Assembly (NCBI GenBank): GCA_963713605.1
Contig: CAVQMO010000003.1
Location: 288,001-352,000, forward strand
Source of the DNA: an uncultured Nitrososphaerales archaeon
Lineage (GTDB): Archaea; Thermoproteota; Nitrososphaeria; Nitrososphaerales; Nitrososphaeraceae
Direction: 5' to 3'
Length of the DNA: 64,000 bases
A program made the translations under genes and the position numbers. Positions 13,040 through 24,705 of this stretch are shown piece by piece. How positions within the stretch are numbered: position 1 is the first letter of the stretch; each line of letters begins with the position of its first letter. The notes beneath the pieces are model-generated. The model had not been told where the DNA came from and ran no database searches. It saw only the letters and a list, made by a program, of their open reading frames with translations.

Positions 13040-13618
13040 TTGGCAGAACAAATTAAACGACCGTTCGGAGTCACGATAATTGCCATTCTGACTATTATTG
13101 GCGGAATATTATTAACTTTTGGAGGGATTTCATTACTGGCCTATGGTGCATTCTTTATTTCAGTTCCTATTGATGTATTCATTTCAGAGCAAATGCAACA
13201 ACAACAGAAGGAACAGCTTCAACTGCAACAACTACAGGAGCAAGACCTACCGAATGCAGCAGAATTACAGGCCCTCGCCCTATTCCTTGGTGGCGTCGGG
13301 ATAGTGATAGGTGCAATCGTACTCGCAGTTGGAATTGGATACTTGGTTGTATCTTACGGCTTATTGAAAGGAAAGGGATGGGCTTGGATTATAACTGTTA
13401 TATTAACAATTATTGCAATCGCAGTCCAAATAGTCTCTGGAATAACTGCAAGTATGTTCAACGCATCATTTATCGATGACACGAATAGTTTTGTGACTGG
13501 GATCATTGCTCAGATAGTAGGTATAGCTATTAATGGAGTAATTCTCTACTATCTCTACCGTCCAAACGTAAAGGCTTTTTTCGGGAGATCCCTCCCCTCA
13601 AACAGTATTCAAAGATAG
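13040..13618 (+). CDS. 4-TM membrane protein with Gln-rich loop
   Basis: RPFGVTIIAIL...GLLKGKGWAW...YYLYRPNVKAFFG. Confidence 0.8.
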   Translation: MAEQIKRPFGVTIIAILTIIGGILLTFGGISLLAYGAFFISVPIDVFISEQMQQQQKEQLQLQQLQEQDLPNAAELQALALFLGGVGIVIGAIVLAVGIGYLVVSYGLLKGKGWAWIITVILTIIAIAVQIVSGITASMFNASFIDDTNSFVTGIIAQIVGIAINGVILYYLYRPNVKAFFGRSLPSNSIQR

Positions 13619-13689
13619 GAGAATCATTTGTCACGTACCTAAGATTTAGACAATCCTATTGCAGCTGGCCTATTTAATGCCTCTAAGGT

Positions 13690-14322
<633 letters not shown>

Positions 14323-14435
14323 GTAGCATAAATGGAATATTGCCAATTCATGAGTAAGTGTACATCGAACTCATTCCAAGCCTTGTCGTTGATTCGGGAT
14401 CACAATGGATTTCACATTGAAAAAGCTTGACGAAG

Positions 14436-15004
14436 CTAGATTATAAAGACGGCTCACTCACAACAGTAGTCCAAAGACCGTCTTTATTGCCTTCGGCAGA
14501 TTGTGTAAGGTTCTGTGTTCGGTATATTTTGCCTGACAATTTCCATTCCTCTTTTCTTTCATCCCACGAGAGCGTAGGATCACTTGCCAAACCCAGAGTA
14601 GTAGCAAGCATTTCCATTGCCATATCTTCAGCATAGTCACCTGCTCTTTGAGCAGTTTCTCCAGTCGAATGGTGTTCAGAAAGAAACCCATAATGGTTAT
14701 TGTTGGATGGTCTAGCTAATCCAATAGATGCGGCAATCAGTCTATTTGGTTCGTTGGTAGCAGATCTCGCCATGACACTAAATACTATCTGGCCCGGTAT
14801 AATGTGCCTTCTGCCTTCTTGCACGCTAACTATTCTACATTGTGAAGGCATTATGCTGGAAACAGAGACGAGATTAACATCAGATATTTGGGCATCGTTT
14901 AAGGCTAATTGGAAGCTTGTAAGATAATCCTTGTGAATCCCTTTGCCTTTAGTAAAAAACATAATCTTAGGTAGGTATGAAACAGGATCTGAGGTAATAT
15001 GCAT
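14436..15004 (-). CDS. pdaD: pyruvoyl-dependent arginine decarboxylase; last codons frameshifted
   Basis: NLVSVSSIMP self-cleavage motif, IAASIG, YGFLSEHH; adding one base restores a ...VVSxAVFII* end. Confidence 0.9.
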
Positions 15005-15187
15005 ACGGATACAAGTTTATTAGAATGCTTATAAGTAATTCGCTGCCTGAGTTATAATAGTAGAATTCATTTCTCATAGATCCGGTGGCAAGCATAGTGA
15101 AGCATAGTGCAATAGGAAATTTCTCGATTGGTATATGTTGAGGCTGCCAAAAAATCTTAAATTAATATTCATGGTTACAAGCAAATA

Positions 15188-16483
15188 GTGACCACAGTAC
15201 ACAAAGAACGAGTTTCAATTTTACCGTTATTGTTGATTAATTTCGTTGGAACCCTTGGTTTTAGCATAGTTCTGCCTTTTCTGGTCTTTTTGGTTACTGA
15301 TTTCGGTGGAAACGCATTGGTTTATGGTATTCTTTCTGCAACATATCCAGCATTTCAACTGATTGGGGCTCCACTATTGGGAAGATGGTCTGATGTCTGA
15401 TATCTATGGAAGAAAAAAATTTTGTTGGTAAGTCATTAGTACTCTTGCTGGATGGATAATTTTCCATCTCGCCTTATTTTTGCCAGATAATGAGCTGTTT
15501 AGTGTTAACTCTGCGATACTTGGAACTTTTGTTATAACTCTTCCCTTAGCTATTCTATTCCTAGCAAGAGCAATTGATGGCCTTACTGGTGGAAACGTTT
15601 CAGTTGCTGACGCATATGTTGCAGATATTTCGTCGGATGAAAACAGGAGCAGAAACTTTGGGAAAATGGGGATGGCTTCTAATCTCGGTTTTGTTATCGG
15701 ACCTGCTCTTGCAGGAATTTTGGGTGCAACTGTGTATGGGGAGGTACTGCCTGTGTTGGTGGCCTTATTTCTTTCTTTAATCGTCTTGGTGGTAATAATC
15801 TTTGTATTGAAAGAATCGAAATCTTCAATCGTCACACAAATTCCAGAAAAAGATAACGTGGGTAAGGTTTTTGCATTTGAATGCAAGGAGTGTTACAAGG
15901 CAGCTAATCTCAAAAGAATGAAATTGCGAGACGTCTTCAAGCTAAAATATATTTCATTCTTACTTATCCTATACTTCCTTATTTTTGTTGGATTTAACAT
16001 CTTTTACACCGCTTTTCCAATTCATGCAGTATCTGGTTTAGGATGGACAGTAACAGAACTGGGAGTATTTTATGCAGTCTTAAGCGGCATCATGATATTG
16101 GTGCAAGGACCGGTACTTCGAAGAGCATTAAAAAAATTCTCCGAAGAAAAATTAGTGATAATTGGTAGTGCTGTTTTAGGTTCAAATTTCGTGTTGTTTG
16201 TATCGTCAGAGTTTTCCTTTATTTATTTGGCGGCGGTTTTATTTGCAGTTGGTAATGGACTTATGTGGCCATCCATATTATCGATCCTCTCCAGGCGTGC
16301 AGGGACTATCTATCAAGGGGTAGGTACAGGGCGTAGCAGGTAGTGTTACAGGGGCAGCTAGTATCATTGGGGTAACTACAGGTGGGATATTGTACAATGC
16401 GTTCGGATTCGGTTCTAGTCAGTGCCGGTGTAATATTTGCTGTATTTGTCTTATCATTTAGACTGTTAAGATACAAAGAGTAA
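15188..16483 (+). pseudogene. TetA-like MFS transporter with several lesions
   Basis: GRWSD(IY)GRKK, ARAIDGLTGGN, AYVADIS, GFVIGP; 7-bp GTCTGAT duplication at ~15390 and a further shift at ~16320. Confidence 0.85.
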
Positions 16484-16826
16484 ACTTGTGCCAATTTGCG
16501 GACAATACGAGAACAATGTCCACCTACACGGATTAATTTTATTTGTTTCTTCACACTGACCGCACCATTCCAGAATACAATGGTTGTTCATGTTATAGAT
16601 TGCCTACTCACTACGCCTACGCCGACAATTGCAAAAACAGTAGTTTTACTAATATAATTAGGGCAACTTGACTCGGTAATACGGATTTTTTTATGCATTA
16701 ATAACGCATCAGACAACTGGTTGAACCGTTTATAGGTTTACCATTAACCAGTGTAAAATTACATATTCTTGGTCAATATTTCGTATTTGGATGCGGTTAT
16801 ATTCCTCTGAGTACATAATATCATAG

Positions 16827-17151
16827 ATGTCGTCCATAGTCATTGAGGAAGCTCAAATAAAATCTCACAAGGAGCGAGTAGCGACAGCTAATTTGGCGCA
16901 AAACAAGAGCCAAGTCCATCGAGTTATGGAAAAGAAGATTCGCAAATACTTTCTTATATGTGAAGCTTGCTTTTGGTGTGTATCCTATTGTGAAAAACTC
17001 TATTATGACTATGAGAACTCAACGAGATCACAAAATATAACTACACAATGTGCTAGCTGTCCAGCCTGCGGGTACTGACAGGGTAGTCGAGTTGTTTCCA
17101 ATATCATTCGGTAGATGTGATAAACCTTCTACAGGAGAGAGTTTTCACTAA
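16827..17151 (+). CDS. CxxCxWC...CxxC putative Zn-ribbon protein, +1 frameshift at ~17072
   Basis: CEACFWC...CPACG then (shifted) TDRVVELFPIS; paralog of 18931..19263. Confidence 0.65.
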
Positions 17152-17205
17152 ACATTGGTAAACTGCATATCTCATGTACTAGACTATGAAAAGAAGAGCC
17201 AAAGA

Positions 17206-17325
17206 ATGACGTGGTTGAGATGCACAGAGTGTGGTACAGTTGTGGGATGGCTTGAGGACAATACGCCTGTCGTAGAAGGAAAAGTAGTTCGACTGTCCTA
17301 TAAGGAAAAAGAAAAACTAAAATAG
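17206..17325 (+). CDS. small CxxC protein (39 aa)
   Basis: MTWLRCTECGTVVGWLEDNTPVVEGKVVRLSYKEKEKLK. Confidence 0.4.
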   Translation: MTWLRCTECGTVVGWLEDNTPVVEGKVVRLSYKEKEKLK

Positions 17326-17543
17326 CTTACGCATTACTACTAGTAGTAAGTATCTATACAGTGCAATGACAATACTATGCGTCAGGGTATCTAGCTTTTA
17401 AGCCTTGATTCCATATTCATCTCTAGGTTCTAGTCGAAATATCTTTTAGCCATCTACGTTTAAGATGCACATCAGGCGAGAAAGCGAAATGTCTTCTAAT
17501 AATAGATCATCATATATAGTAACTTGGATAAGCATTAACTGAG

Positions 17544-17777
17544 ATGGAAGGTCCTCCATTGTGGGGTTGGGCAATCGTAGTTGGGACTATAATAGCAGCC
17601 AAATTCATTTACCGATGGAAGCTAACGAAGGAATTTTCTAATGACACAATATACAATGATCAATCATTAAATAGAAATAAAGGAAATTCGGCATCTATGA
17701 AAAATGGAAGAATAATTGATCACAAATACGTTCCAAAATGGCAAATATTTGAATCATGGAAAAAGTCTAGGGAATAA
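17544..17777 (+). CDS. small membrane-anchored hypothetical protein
   Basis: N-terminal hydrophobic helix; TATATA upstream. Confidence 0.5.
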   Translation: MEGPPLWGWAIVVGTIIAAKFIYRWKLTKEFSNDTIYNDQSLNRNKGNSASMKNGRIIDHKYVPKWQIFESWKKSRE

Positions 17778-17981
17778 ACTCTATTGAAATCTCAAGCCCC
17801 ATTGTAGCTGTATTATGGTCAACAACCTATAAAGAAACTATATCCACAATTTCTAGACTGTTCAGTACCGATAGAGATAGATATTCAGTAAAGACTCTCT
17901 CAGTCTAACGTATTGTCTCTTCCATAAGCCTAATCAGCCTACTCAAACGAATTGTCGGCTATGTCATACAGCTAAAAAAAT

Positions 17982-18131
17982 TCAGTGGCCGCAACCGCAG
18001 CCGCCCATACCACCATGTTCGTGATGGCTATGGCTTTGTTCTGAACATGTTGGACATTTATCAGCAGTTTCTATCTCGGACATAAACATCGTACCACAAC
18101 TAGTACATTTTAGTTTTTGAAGACCTTGCAT
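17982..18131 (-). CDS. 49-aa zinc ribbon with His/Gly/Cys-rich tail
   Basis: MQGLQKLKCTSCGTMFMSEIETADKCPTCSEQSHSHHEHGGMGGCGCGH*; TTTTAATT about 30 nt upstream; T7 one base after the stop. Confidence 0.75.
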   Translation of the reverse strand: MQGLQKLKCTSCGTMFMSEIETADKCPTCSEQSHSHHEHGGMGGCGCGH

Positions 18132-18291
18132 ATTAAGCCGTGATCAGAGCTCACCTAATTAAAACTTTGATGAAGGCATTATATGTTTATGAGCAATTAT
18201 CATAAAACTATTATAGCCACGAGATTTATAGTATGCCGATAGGGCTAAAGCTTCATCAAAGAAACGATCATCTACCAGGTCTTCGAAAAAA

Positions 18292-18836
18292 ATGACATCT
18301 ACCAAATATGATGTTGTTATAAAGGCCAAGGCGACCAGTACCAGAATTGTTGATATTAGCAATGTAATCGTAGGGCTCGAGAGCAATGACAAGGGACAAG
18401 TTACTGGCAAACACTATTCGGGAGTTCACTGGGACATTGTGGAATCGACTATGCTGGCAGATGGAAGCGCAACCATGACGATCAGGTATTTGCATATGAC
18501 TATCAAAGGTGAATTTATTACGGGAATTGGGACTGGAACTCAGATGGCCCAAACCAAAGAGGGATTGCGAAAGTTACTGGCGAGGGAACAATGTGGACAT
18601 CTTCTCCGCAGGTATCACATCTAAATGGTGGTAGATGGAAAGTCGAAGGTGAAGTCAATACCATTAAAGAAACTGTTGAGGTTCGGGGTAACTTTGTAAA
18701 AACTGTATGGCGAATCTCTATTATTCTATGGCGAATCTCTATTATTCTATGGCGAATCTCTATTATTCTATGGCGAATCTCTATTAATCTATCAATTAAT
18801 CAACTAATGGTCAATTATTATCACTGTAATACATAA
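18292..18836 (+). pseudogene. beta-rich hypothetical protein, frameshift at ~18550, C-terminus runs into a tandem repeat
   Basis: ...GIGTGTQMA joins GIAKVTGEGTMWTSSPQVSHLNGGRWKVEGE. Confidence 0.55.
18706..18789. repeat. 21-bp tandem repeat x4 (TATGGCGAATCTCTATTATTC)
   Basis: Three perfect copies and one with a single mismatch; no spacers. Confidence 0.95.
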
Positions 18837-18930
18837 AACTAATAGAGCTTCGACTATGGCAGAGAGAATAGCAGACTCGATGACAACGTATAATAGACTA
18901 AGATTGTGATAATAGTATTTTAGAACTGTT

Positions 18931-19263
18931 ATGAAAATGATTAAACTTGTTATGGCGTATGACTTGCCGCTGAAAAAAGCCAAGCTCTCGCCTGATACCG
19001 TAGAAAATAATAAAATTTTGCAGTCTACCAACAGAATCTATTTTGTGATTTGTAATTCGTGTTATTGGTGTGCCTCTTATTTCGGCATTGACAATTTAGA
19101 GTCTCTGTCTAGATCTTCATCACATATTCTTGATTGTCATGTTTGTAATTCACTTAATACTGAACTGATGCCCATCTCGACTGACGAATCATTTAGAATA
19201 AAATACAGTGTAACAAGGGGAATGGAGATAGAATTTTACAAGAGCAATAAACATTGCTATTAG
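18931..19263 (+). CDS. CxxCxWC...CxxC putative Zn-ribbon protein
   Basis: CNSCYWCASY...CHVC...ELMPIS...RGMEIEF. Confidence 0.75.
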   Translation: MKMIKLVMAYDLPLKKAKLSPDTVENNKILQSTNRIYFVICNSCYWCASYFGIDNLESLSRSSSHILDCHVCNSLNTELMPISTDESFRIKYSVTRGMEIEFYKSNKHCY

Positions 19264-19386
19264 GCAGCAATCTGCTTGAAACTGCGTTCGATTGTGAAAT
19301 GAAGTCTAAATAACATATCCACCTTCCGAAAATTCTAGGTCTTCATACTAGTAAATTATGTAAACGATAAGAGTTACTATAGACGA

Positions 19387-19677
19387 CTAGTTGAAACCTT
19401 GAACTTCCAAAGTATTAAAGTCAGTCCACGCATTAATTCCAGTCATTCCGACCCTAGCTATTTCTTCACCCGCTCCGACATATTGACCAGCTTTCACCCT
19501 TGCACTTTTGTAGCTCAAATGATCATATCGTGAGTATTCTCCTTTTGAGTGCATGATTACAATAAAATTTGTATGATTCCAAACTATTGATTCAATAGTA
19601 ACACCAGCATCTATCAATAACTGCTTTGAACCGTCTGCAATATCTAACTCTTGAATCCAATTATCGACTCTTGCCAT
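19387..19677 (-). pseudogene. truncated protein with an M23-peptidase-like segment
   Basis: NFIVIMH...YSRYDHL...VKAGQYVGAGEEIARVGMTG; the HLHF motif is absent. Confidence 0.6.
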
Positions 19678-20256
19678 TCATTATTGTTGTTATGATTTTT
19701 CTAGAACTATTTAAGCGAATCAATAACAGAGTACATGGAGAAATTACGTGACTAATTTCTTTATGAGCATTACTGCCCTTGCATCTAAAACTACCATGTA
19801 TTTAGTATTCATACTAATAGCAAACTGAAAATCGAGTTTATCTACATTAGACAAATTCAGACTCCAGTATGTACCTGATATTTTTTCTACTAGATCTAGC
19901 CCATTGCCAAACTTTCTTCTTCAGACCAAGATCTCTTGAATGGCATCATTTTCTTTGTACATGGCGGTTCATCCCATCAACCTGTAAGACCTTTGCATCT
20001 ATTGGATCGAAGCGCTGTTCTTAAATCACTTGTCTTGATAAATTCTTAATATGATATATTATAGGCAATCAAGATATTACATGATTTGATCCATCGGTCT
20101 ATTGGAATAGTCCTAGAATTAGTACTGGTTATATCTATCAGACTACGGAGTCTTTTATGTCTATTCACCAAATATGGTGGGGAATGTATTAAATAAGGTG
20201 ACAAAACAAAAGAAAATAATCTAATTAAGCTATTTTAACGATATAAATGAACAACC

Positions 20257-20502
20257 TCAAGTCGTATCTGTTGAACCTGGTGCTATTTCTGCAGTAGCAA
20301 AATTATCTTTTACAGAATTAATCTTAATCTTTACGCTTTTGTATCCGGCTTTTGCATCTTTTACAAAGATTATTAAACCTTCTATTCTTGCAATACCATC
20401 TCCCTCTCTACCGTTATCAGTAATATCTACCGTGTATTCTTTCCCTGTTTCTACAGGTTTTGAAAAGCTACTCATTGTTTTTGTGTTCTGTCCGTAACTC
20501 AT
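20257..20502 (-). CDS. stand-alone TRAM-domain protein, copy 1
   Basis: KPVETGKEYTVDITDNGREGDGIARIEGLIIFVKDAK...NFATAEI. Confidence 0.9.
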   Translation of the reverse strand: MSYGQNTKTMSSFSKPVETGKEYTVDITDNGREGDGIARIEGLIIFVKDAKAGYKSVKIKINSVKDNFATAEIAPGSTDTT

Positions 20503-21015
20503 TAAAAATCACATTTAATAGACATTACAGTAATATGAACTAACGTATTTACGTTAAAGCTATTTTAATTCTAATACTTTGTCTGAACTGACACACGGAG
20601 ACTATTTTCAGAGATTCACTGCGATGGGACTGGCGACTTGTATGTGAGTAGATATATTAAAGCTGTCAATGTTCTTCTAACTCTTCACGTGATTCAAATT
20701 CTTGACCGCAATCAACACACGAGAAAGGCGCATACATTAGAGCATCGATATCAGAGGATCTATCACTCATTATTATTGGGAAATAATCTATAAATCTATT
20801 ACAACGACTTTAGATGGATTGTTCAGATGAATACAGTTTACATCAATTAGCGGAATTCAACCCGATGAAAGATTATGCTATGTTTGACAGTGCAACTTTT
20901 ATGATCATAATGCCTTGACGAATGGCCAGTGATTTAAGTTTGATTAAGTCCCAGGTATCGCTATCTGCATTATAGTCTAATGGGAATGGGAACGATTCAA
21001 ACGCGTCATCAAACT

Positions 21016-21180
21016 ATCGGAGTGCTATTCTCGACGTAAACCCGCCTGCTTTCGTAGATATTCCATTAATTCTTTATCGTCATCTTGGTGTTCTACTCGC
21101 AAATAACGTTGCATCCCACTTAGTAAATCATTACTTTTTTTACTTTTTTTAGCTTTTTCTTTCTTGATATCTTGGGTCCT
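21016..21180 (-). pseudogene. remnant paralogous to 41394..41585
   Basis: NDLLSGMQRYLRVEHQDDDKEL vs YNLLNGMKRYLRIEYKDDDKDL. Confidence 0.5.
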
Positions 21181-21455
21181 GTTAGCTTTGGGGCAGTAGA
21201 AGCCTAAAGTAAACCTATAATATATAGACTCGATGTTTCAGACTGATTAGTTTCAATGGCATACATTTTGTTAGTATATGGATTGACTACCAATTCGTTC
21301 TTAACAAGATTAACATTTTCGTATGTTGTCCAATTAATAATTGAGCCTGTGCTATCTAATTCATAGATTGAAGTCCCAACGGTAAAATCATACTCATCGC
21401 AGAGATGACAATCAGACTACGTAAACCTGATTTGTCATGCTATTGACCGCAGATG

Positions 21456-21752
21456 CTATAGCGTGACGTCGTATGGAATATCCACTATATTCTCCTTAAT
21501 TTCCAACATGTACGGATCTCTAATGATTGTCCGCTTATTTGTTGCATAGATTATATTGGGGGTAACAGCTGAGCCACCCGGTCTCACGCGAGATTGGAGT
21601 TCAACAACAAGCACTTCTTCATTTGGATTTAACATTTCACGGATCTTCTTTATTTCTTGTAAATAATCGTTATCAAGTGGTTGTATTGAAGAGTCACTAT
21701 TCTTTCCAGAACCAAAGCATTGTATAGATATATTCAAGAAATATTCTAGCAA
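21456..21752 (-). pseudogene. PH-domain-like protein, truncated
   Basis: LNPNEEVLVV...QSRVRPGGS...IYATNKRTIIRDP...DIPYD. Confidence 0.6.
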
Positions 21753-21905
21753 TTAGACCTCACTCTATACCTCGGGAAAATTTCTTTAGTTAGATTATCT
21801 ATAATCAGGAGACGGGGAATTCCCCATCAACCAATCTTGATGAACATGTCAAAATTTCTTTTGATAAAATATCTTATGCAATATTGAATAAGATTGTTGT
21901 GAGAA

Positions 21906-22079
21906 ATGATTGGGTTAAAAAAAGGTGCTGAATATGTTGGGTACGAGATAAAGAAAGGTGCAGAATTTATTGGACATGAAATTAAAGAAAATACTGAACT
22001 AGCAGAGCATGAGACAGGCATACTTGATGTAAAGAATGGTGCAACATCTATTTTCAATAAGATGAAAAACGCAATATAG
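21906..22079 (+). CDS. 57-aa protein with 11-aa repeats
   Basis: KKGAEYVGYEI KKGAEFIGHEI KENTELAEHET. Confidence 0.45.
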   Translation: MIGLKKGAEYVGYEIKKGAEFIGHEIKENTELAEHETGILDVKNGATSIFNKMKNAI

Positions 22080-22519
22080 CGTTCGGATACTAATTCATAA
22101 ATCTACGGATTAGAGATCAAAGATCAAAGTTGGTGGAACTGTTGAGTTTGTTCTGTTCTATTTACTGATGTAGTATTACGTGTAATATGTAAGGTTCACC
22201 CCCCCCGCATTTTAACAATCATCATTCCGTTCATTTCCAGCATACTAATCTGTCATTGGTATTAGTATATCTGATAATGCCGATGCTATTACAATAATCG
22301 GCAGTATCTGTTTTTGCATAAATTATCAGATAGCTTGTTCAAATTAAAGATTAGTAATTATGGCTGTATCATTCGCATACCACTGAAAAAACGGATGATT
22401 AGTTGAACGAAAAACAAGTTCATTTTGAGTGAACAATGAGAATCATCTGCGCAATTTTATAGACTAGCCTCAATCATTCCTAGTATACGATTGTTTGTTC
22501 ACGAGATGTATGGCTGACA

Positions 22520-22783
22520 CTATGGGCGCCTACAATGCGCTGGCGGAACCACTAACAGTTTAACCTTTTTAAACAGACACGGCTTAACATTGGCTACATT
22601 GACCTTACATGCAGTGAAATGCCATGCTAGTTCCAACGACAAATACGTCAACACAAATCCGGCTGCTAAATATGCTAGACCTACAATGGGTTCTATTTCC
22701 ATAATAGTCAGATATGAAACCGGATTATTTAAGAAGCCTAATGATTCCATATTAGTTGTATAGCTAAGACCTGAATTGTGCAA
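22520..22783 (-). CDS. small single-TM hypothetical protein
   Basis: MEIEPIVGLAYLAAGFVLTYLSLELAWHF; true start probably internal. Confidence 0.5.
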   Translation of the reverse strand: MHNSGLSYTTNMESLGFLNNPVSYLTIMEIEPIVGLAYLAAGFVLTYLSLELAWHFTACKVNVANVKPCLFKKVKLLVVPPAHCRRP

Positions 22784-22981
22784 TAGTGTTATTACTATTA
22801 CACATGCAATTTCGTTTTTACTGGCTTAGTGATATTTTTAATCAGCCTATCATACAAGTAGACTTAAGCGAGTTGTCTTCATTGTAACGTGATGATTGAA
22901 TCACTGGCTCTTTCAAACAGGTGTGCCGTCTTAAAAGCAACTAGACGTGTCATGATTAAACCGGGAGGCGATTGTGAATAG

Positions 22982-23491
22982 ATGACATTAACTACAAAAA
23001 CTTCTCGATATACCAAAAAGAACTTTGTAGATAGCGAGGACTTTCATAAGACGAATATTCACTTAACCATTCTTGTGATTCTCATTAGTTGCTTGGGGGC
23101 TTTTACAGGTATCATGATTTCTGGACTATACGGACCTATCATTTTCATTACCCCACTCTCTTCTGGAGAAAAAGTAACGCCTACAGCAGATATAGATCTG
23201 GGAAGTGTAAACGGATTTGTAATTAGTTCAGATGGTTTGCCAGTAGGCGGGGCGTCAGTAGCTGTTTACAAGCAGATGGGATTAGCAAATTCGGCAGATA
23301 AGAATTTAGGTTATTCTACATCTGCAATAACTGGATCTGATGGTTCTTATATATTCGATGATCTACCATCGGGGGTATACAAATTCATAGTGATATATCC
23401 AGATAACACGATCCGCACATTAAATAACTATGCAGTATGGCCGAGTTCGAGCTCTTCATATGACATTAAAGTGAACTCTTACGTGGCCTAG
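22982..23491 (+). CDS. membrane-anchored carboxypeptidase-regulatory-like domain protein
   Basis: TM followed by GSVNGFV...DGLPVGGASV...TGSDGSYIFDDLPSGVY. Confidence 0.8.
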   Translation: MTLTTKTSRYTKKNFVDSEDFHKTNIHLTILVILISCLGAFTGIMISGLYGPIIFITPLSSGEKVTPTADIDLGSVNGFVISSDGLPVGGASVAVYKQMGLANSADKNLGYSTSAITGSDGSYIFDDLPSGVYKFIVIYPDNTIRTLNNYAVWPSSSSSYDIKVNSYVA

Positions 23492-23512
23492 TAATGATAT
23501 ACATCAGCAAGT

Positions 23513-23707
23513 ATGACAAGTCTTACTCCCGCTATAGTTATTGTAGTGGTAACCGTTAGTCTATTAATTAATAGCGTTCCAATGAGCGGACAAGTCGTGA
23601 GTTCTATAAATGAGACTAAAAATAACCATACTACCGATAATAAAAGTACGAACGAATCGGGCACAATATCTGGTCTTCGGATGCCCATTCGCCCCCCATT
23701 CGCTTAA
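23513..23707 (+). CDS. small secreted protein
   Basis: Signal-like N-terminus; several NxS/T sequons. Confidence 0.45.
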   Translation: MTSLTPAIVIVVVTVSLLINSVPMSGQVVSSINETKNNHTTDNKSTNESGTISGLRMPIRPPFA

Positions 23708-23759
23708 CTCATTATTTTCATGGATCATGCCATCAGTTAATTAATTCGTTGTCGTCACC

Positions 23760-24423
23760 TGTGACGTCGATTCAGGGCTTTTCATCCAATGCATCTTGAT
23801 TTTGATTTATTTTTGAGTCCAAGTCTGACAAGATTTGTTTATTTGAGCTTAAATTTTCTATGATACCAGCTTAACTTATCAAAGTTGTGCTAGATTGCCT
23901 TTTCTTTGATTCCAAGTCTGTGACTTCGATTGCCAGTTGATGTAATCTATAAGTTAATTCGGGTACATAATGACCTGCATATTTTAGAAGGTTAAGAAGA
24001 TATTCTTCATTCAGCATTTTACATTCTTTCAAAGAACGGTATAACTTCAGAAAGAAGGCAACAAGTTCTTTATCTCACCGTAGACAAAAGCCAATTCGTG
24101 GATTTGGTTCAAAGCCCAAAACTCTTCTTGCATATCATGAACTTCAGTGGCTGGCATGTTTAGCTCTATTGCTACATTAAGAGGTGACCCCCTCGAAAAG
24201 AGCTAGATGGCCCGAGTCTCAATTGATTTATTTTTTAAGTCTATATCATTATTATTGTTATTCTGACCATTTATCTTCCGAATAATCTTCCCAATGTCGG
24301 TAAACGATATGTGCACAACATGCGCGACTTCACGTATGGTCTTACCTTCTTTAAGGAGTCTGATCACTAACTCTTCTTTTTCTTGTTTGTTTAATACAAC
24401 TTCAAGCTGGTTTTTGCCGACAT
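23760..24423 (-). pseudogene. HTH plus coiled-coil protein remnant
   Basis: LNKQEKEELVIRLLKEGKTIREVAHVVHISFTDIGKIIRK...PLNVAIELNMPATEVHDMQEEFWALN with stops and shifts. Confidence 0.65.
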
Positions 24424-24705
24424 ATATGATGGAGATAATGAGATCAAGAATGTAGAGACAAAGGAGATCAGTACCATTGAGCTTGGTTAGTTGGGTTGTA
24501 TAGATGCAGCACTAACAGAAATGGGATGATCCGATATGATTGATGCCTTTCCATTTCCTATCTAAGGAATATTGATTGGTTTAAGAGCAACTTTGATCGG
24601 CCTCACAACCCATCGCCAAACTGGATGAACAAGATAAAAAGATAGAAAGAAAAATAACTACATTAAACACTTGCCATACTGCAACAGCGAGTTTAAATCT
24701 TTATC

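Noticed and set aside
18706..18789. Possible CRISPR array
   Set aside because: Units are contiguous with no spacers, and no cas genes are in the window
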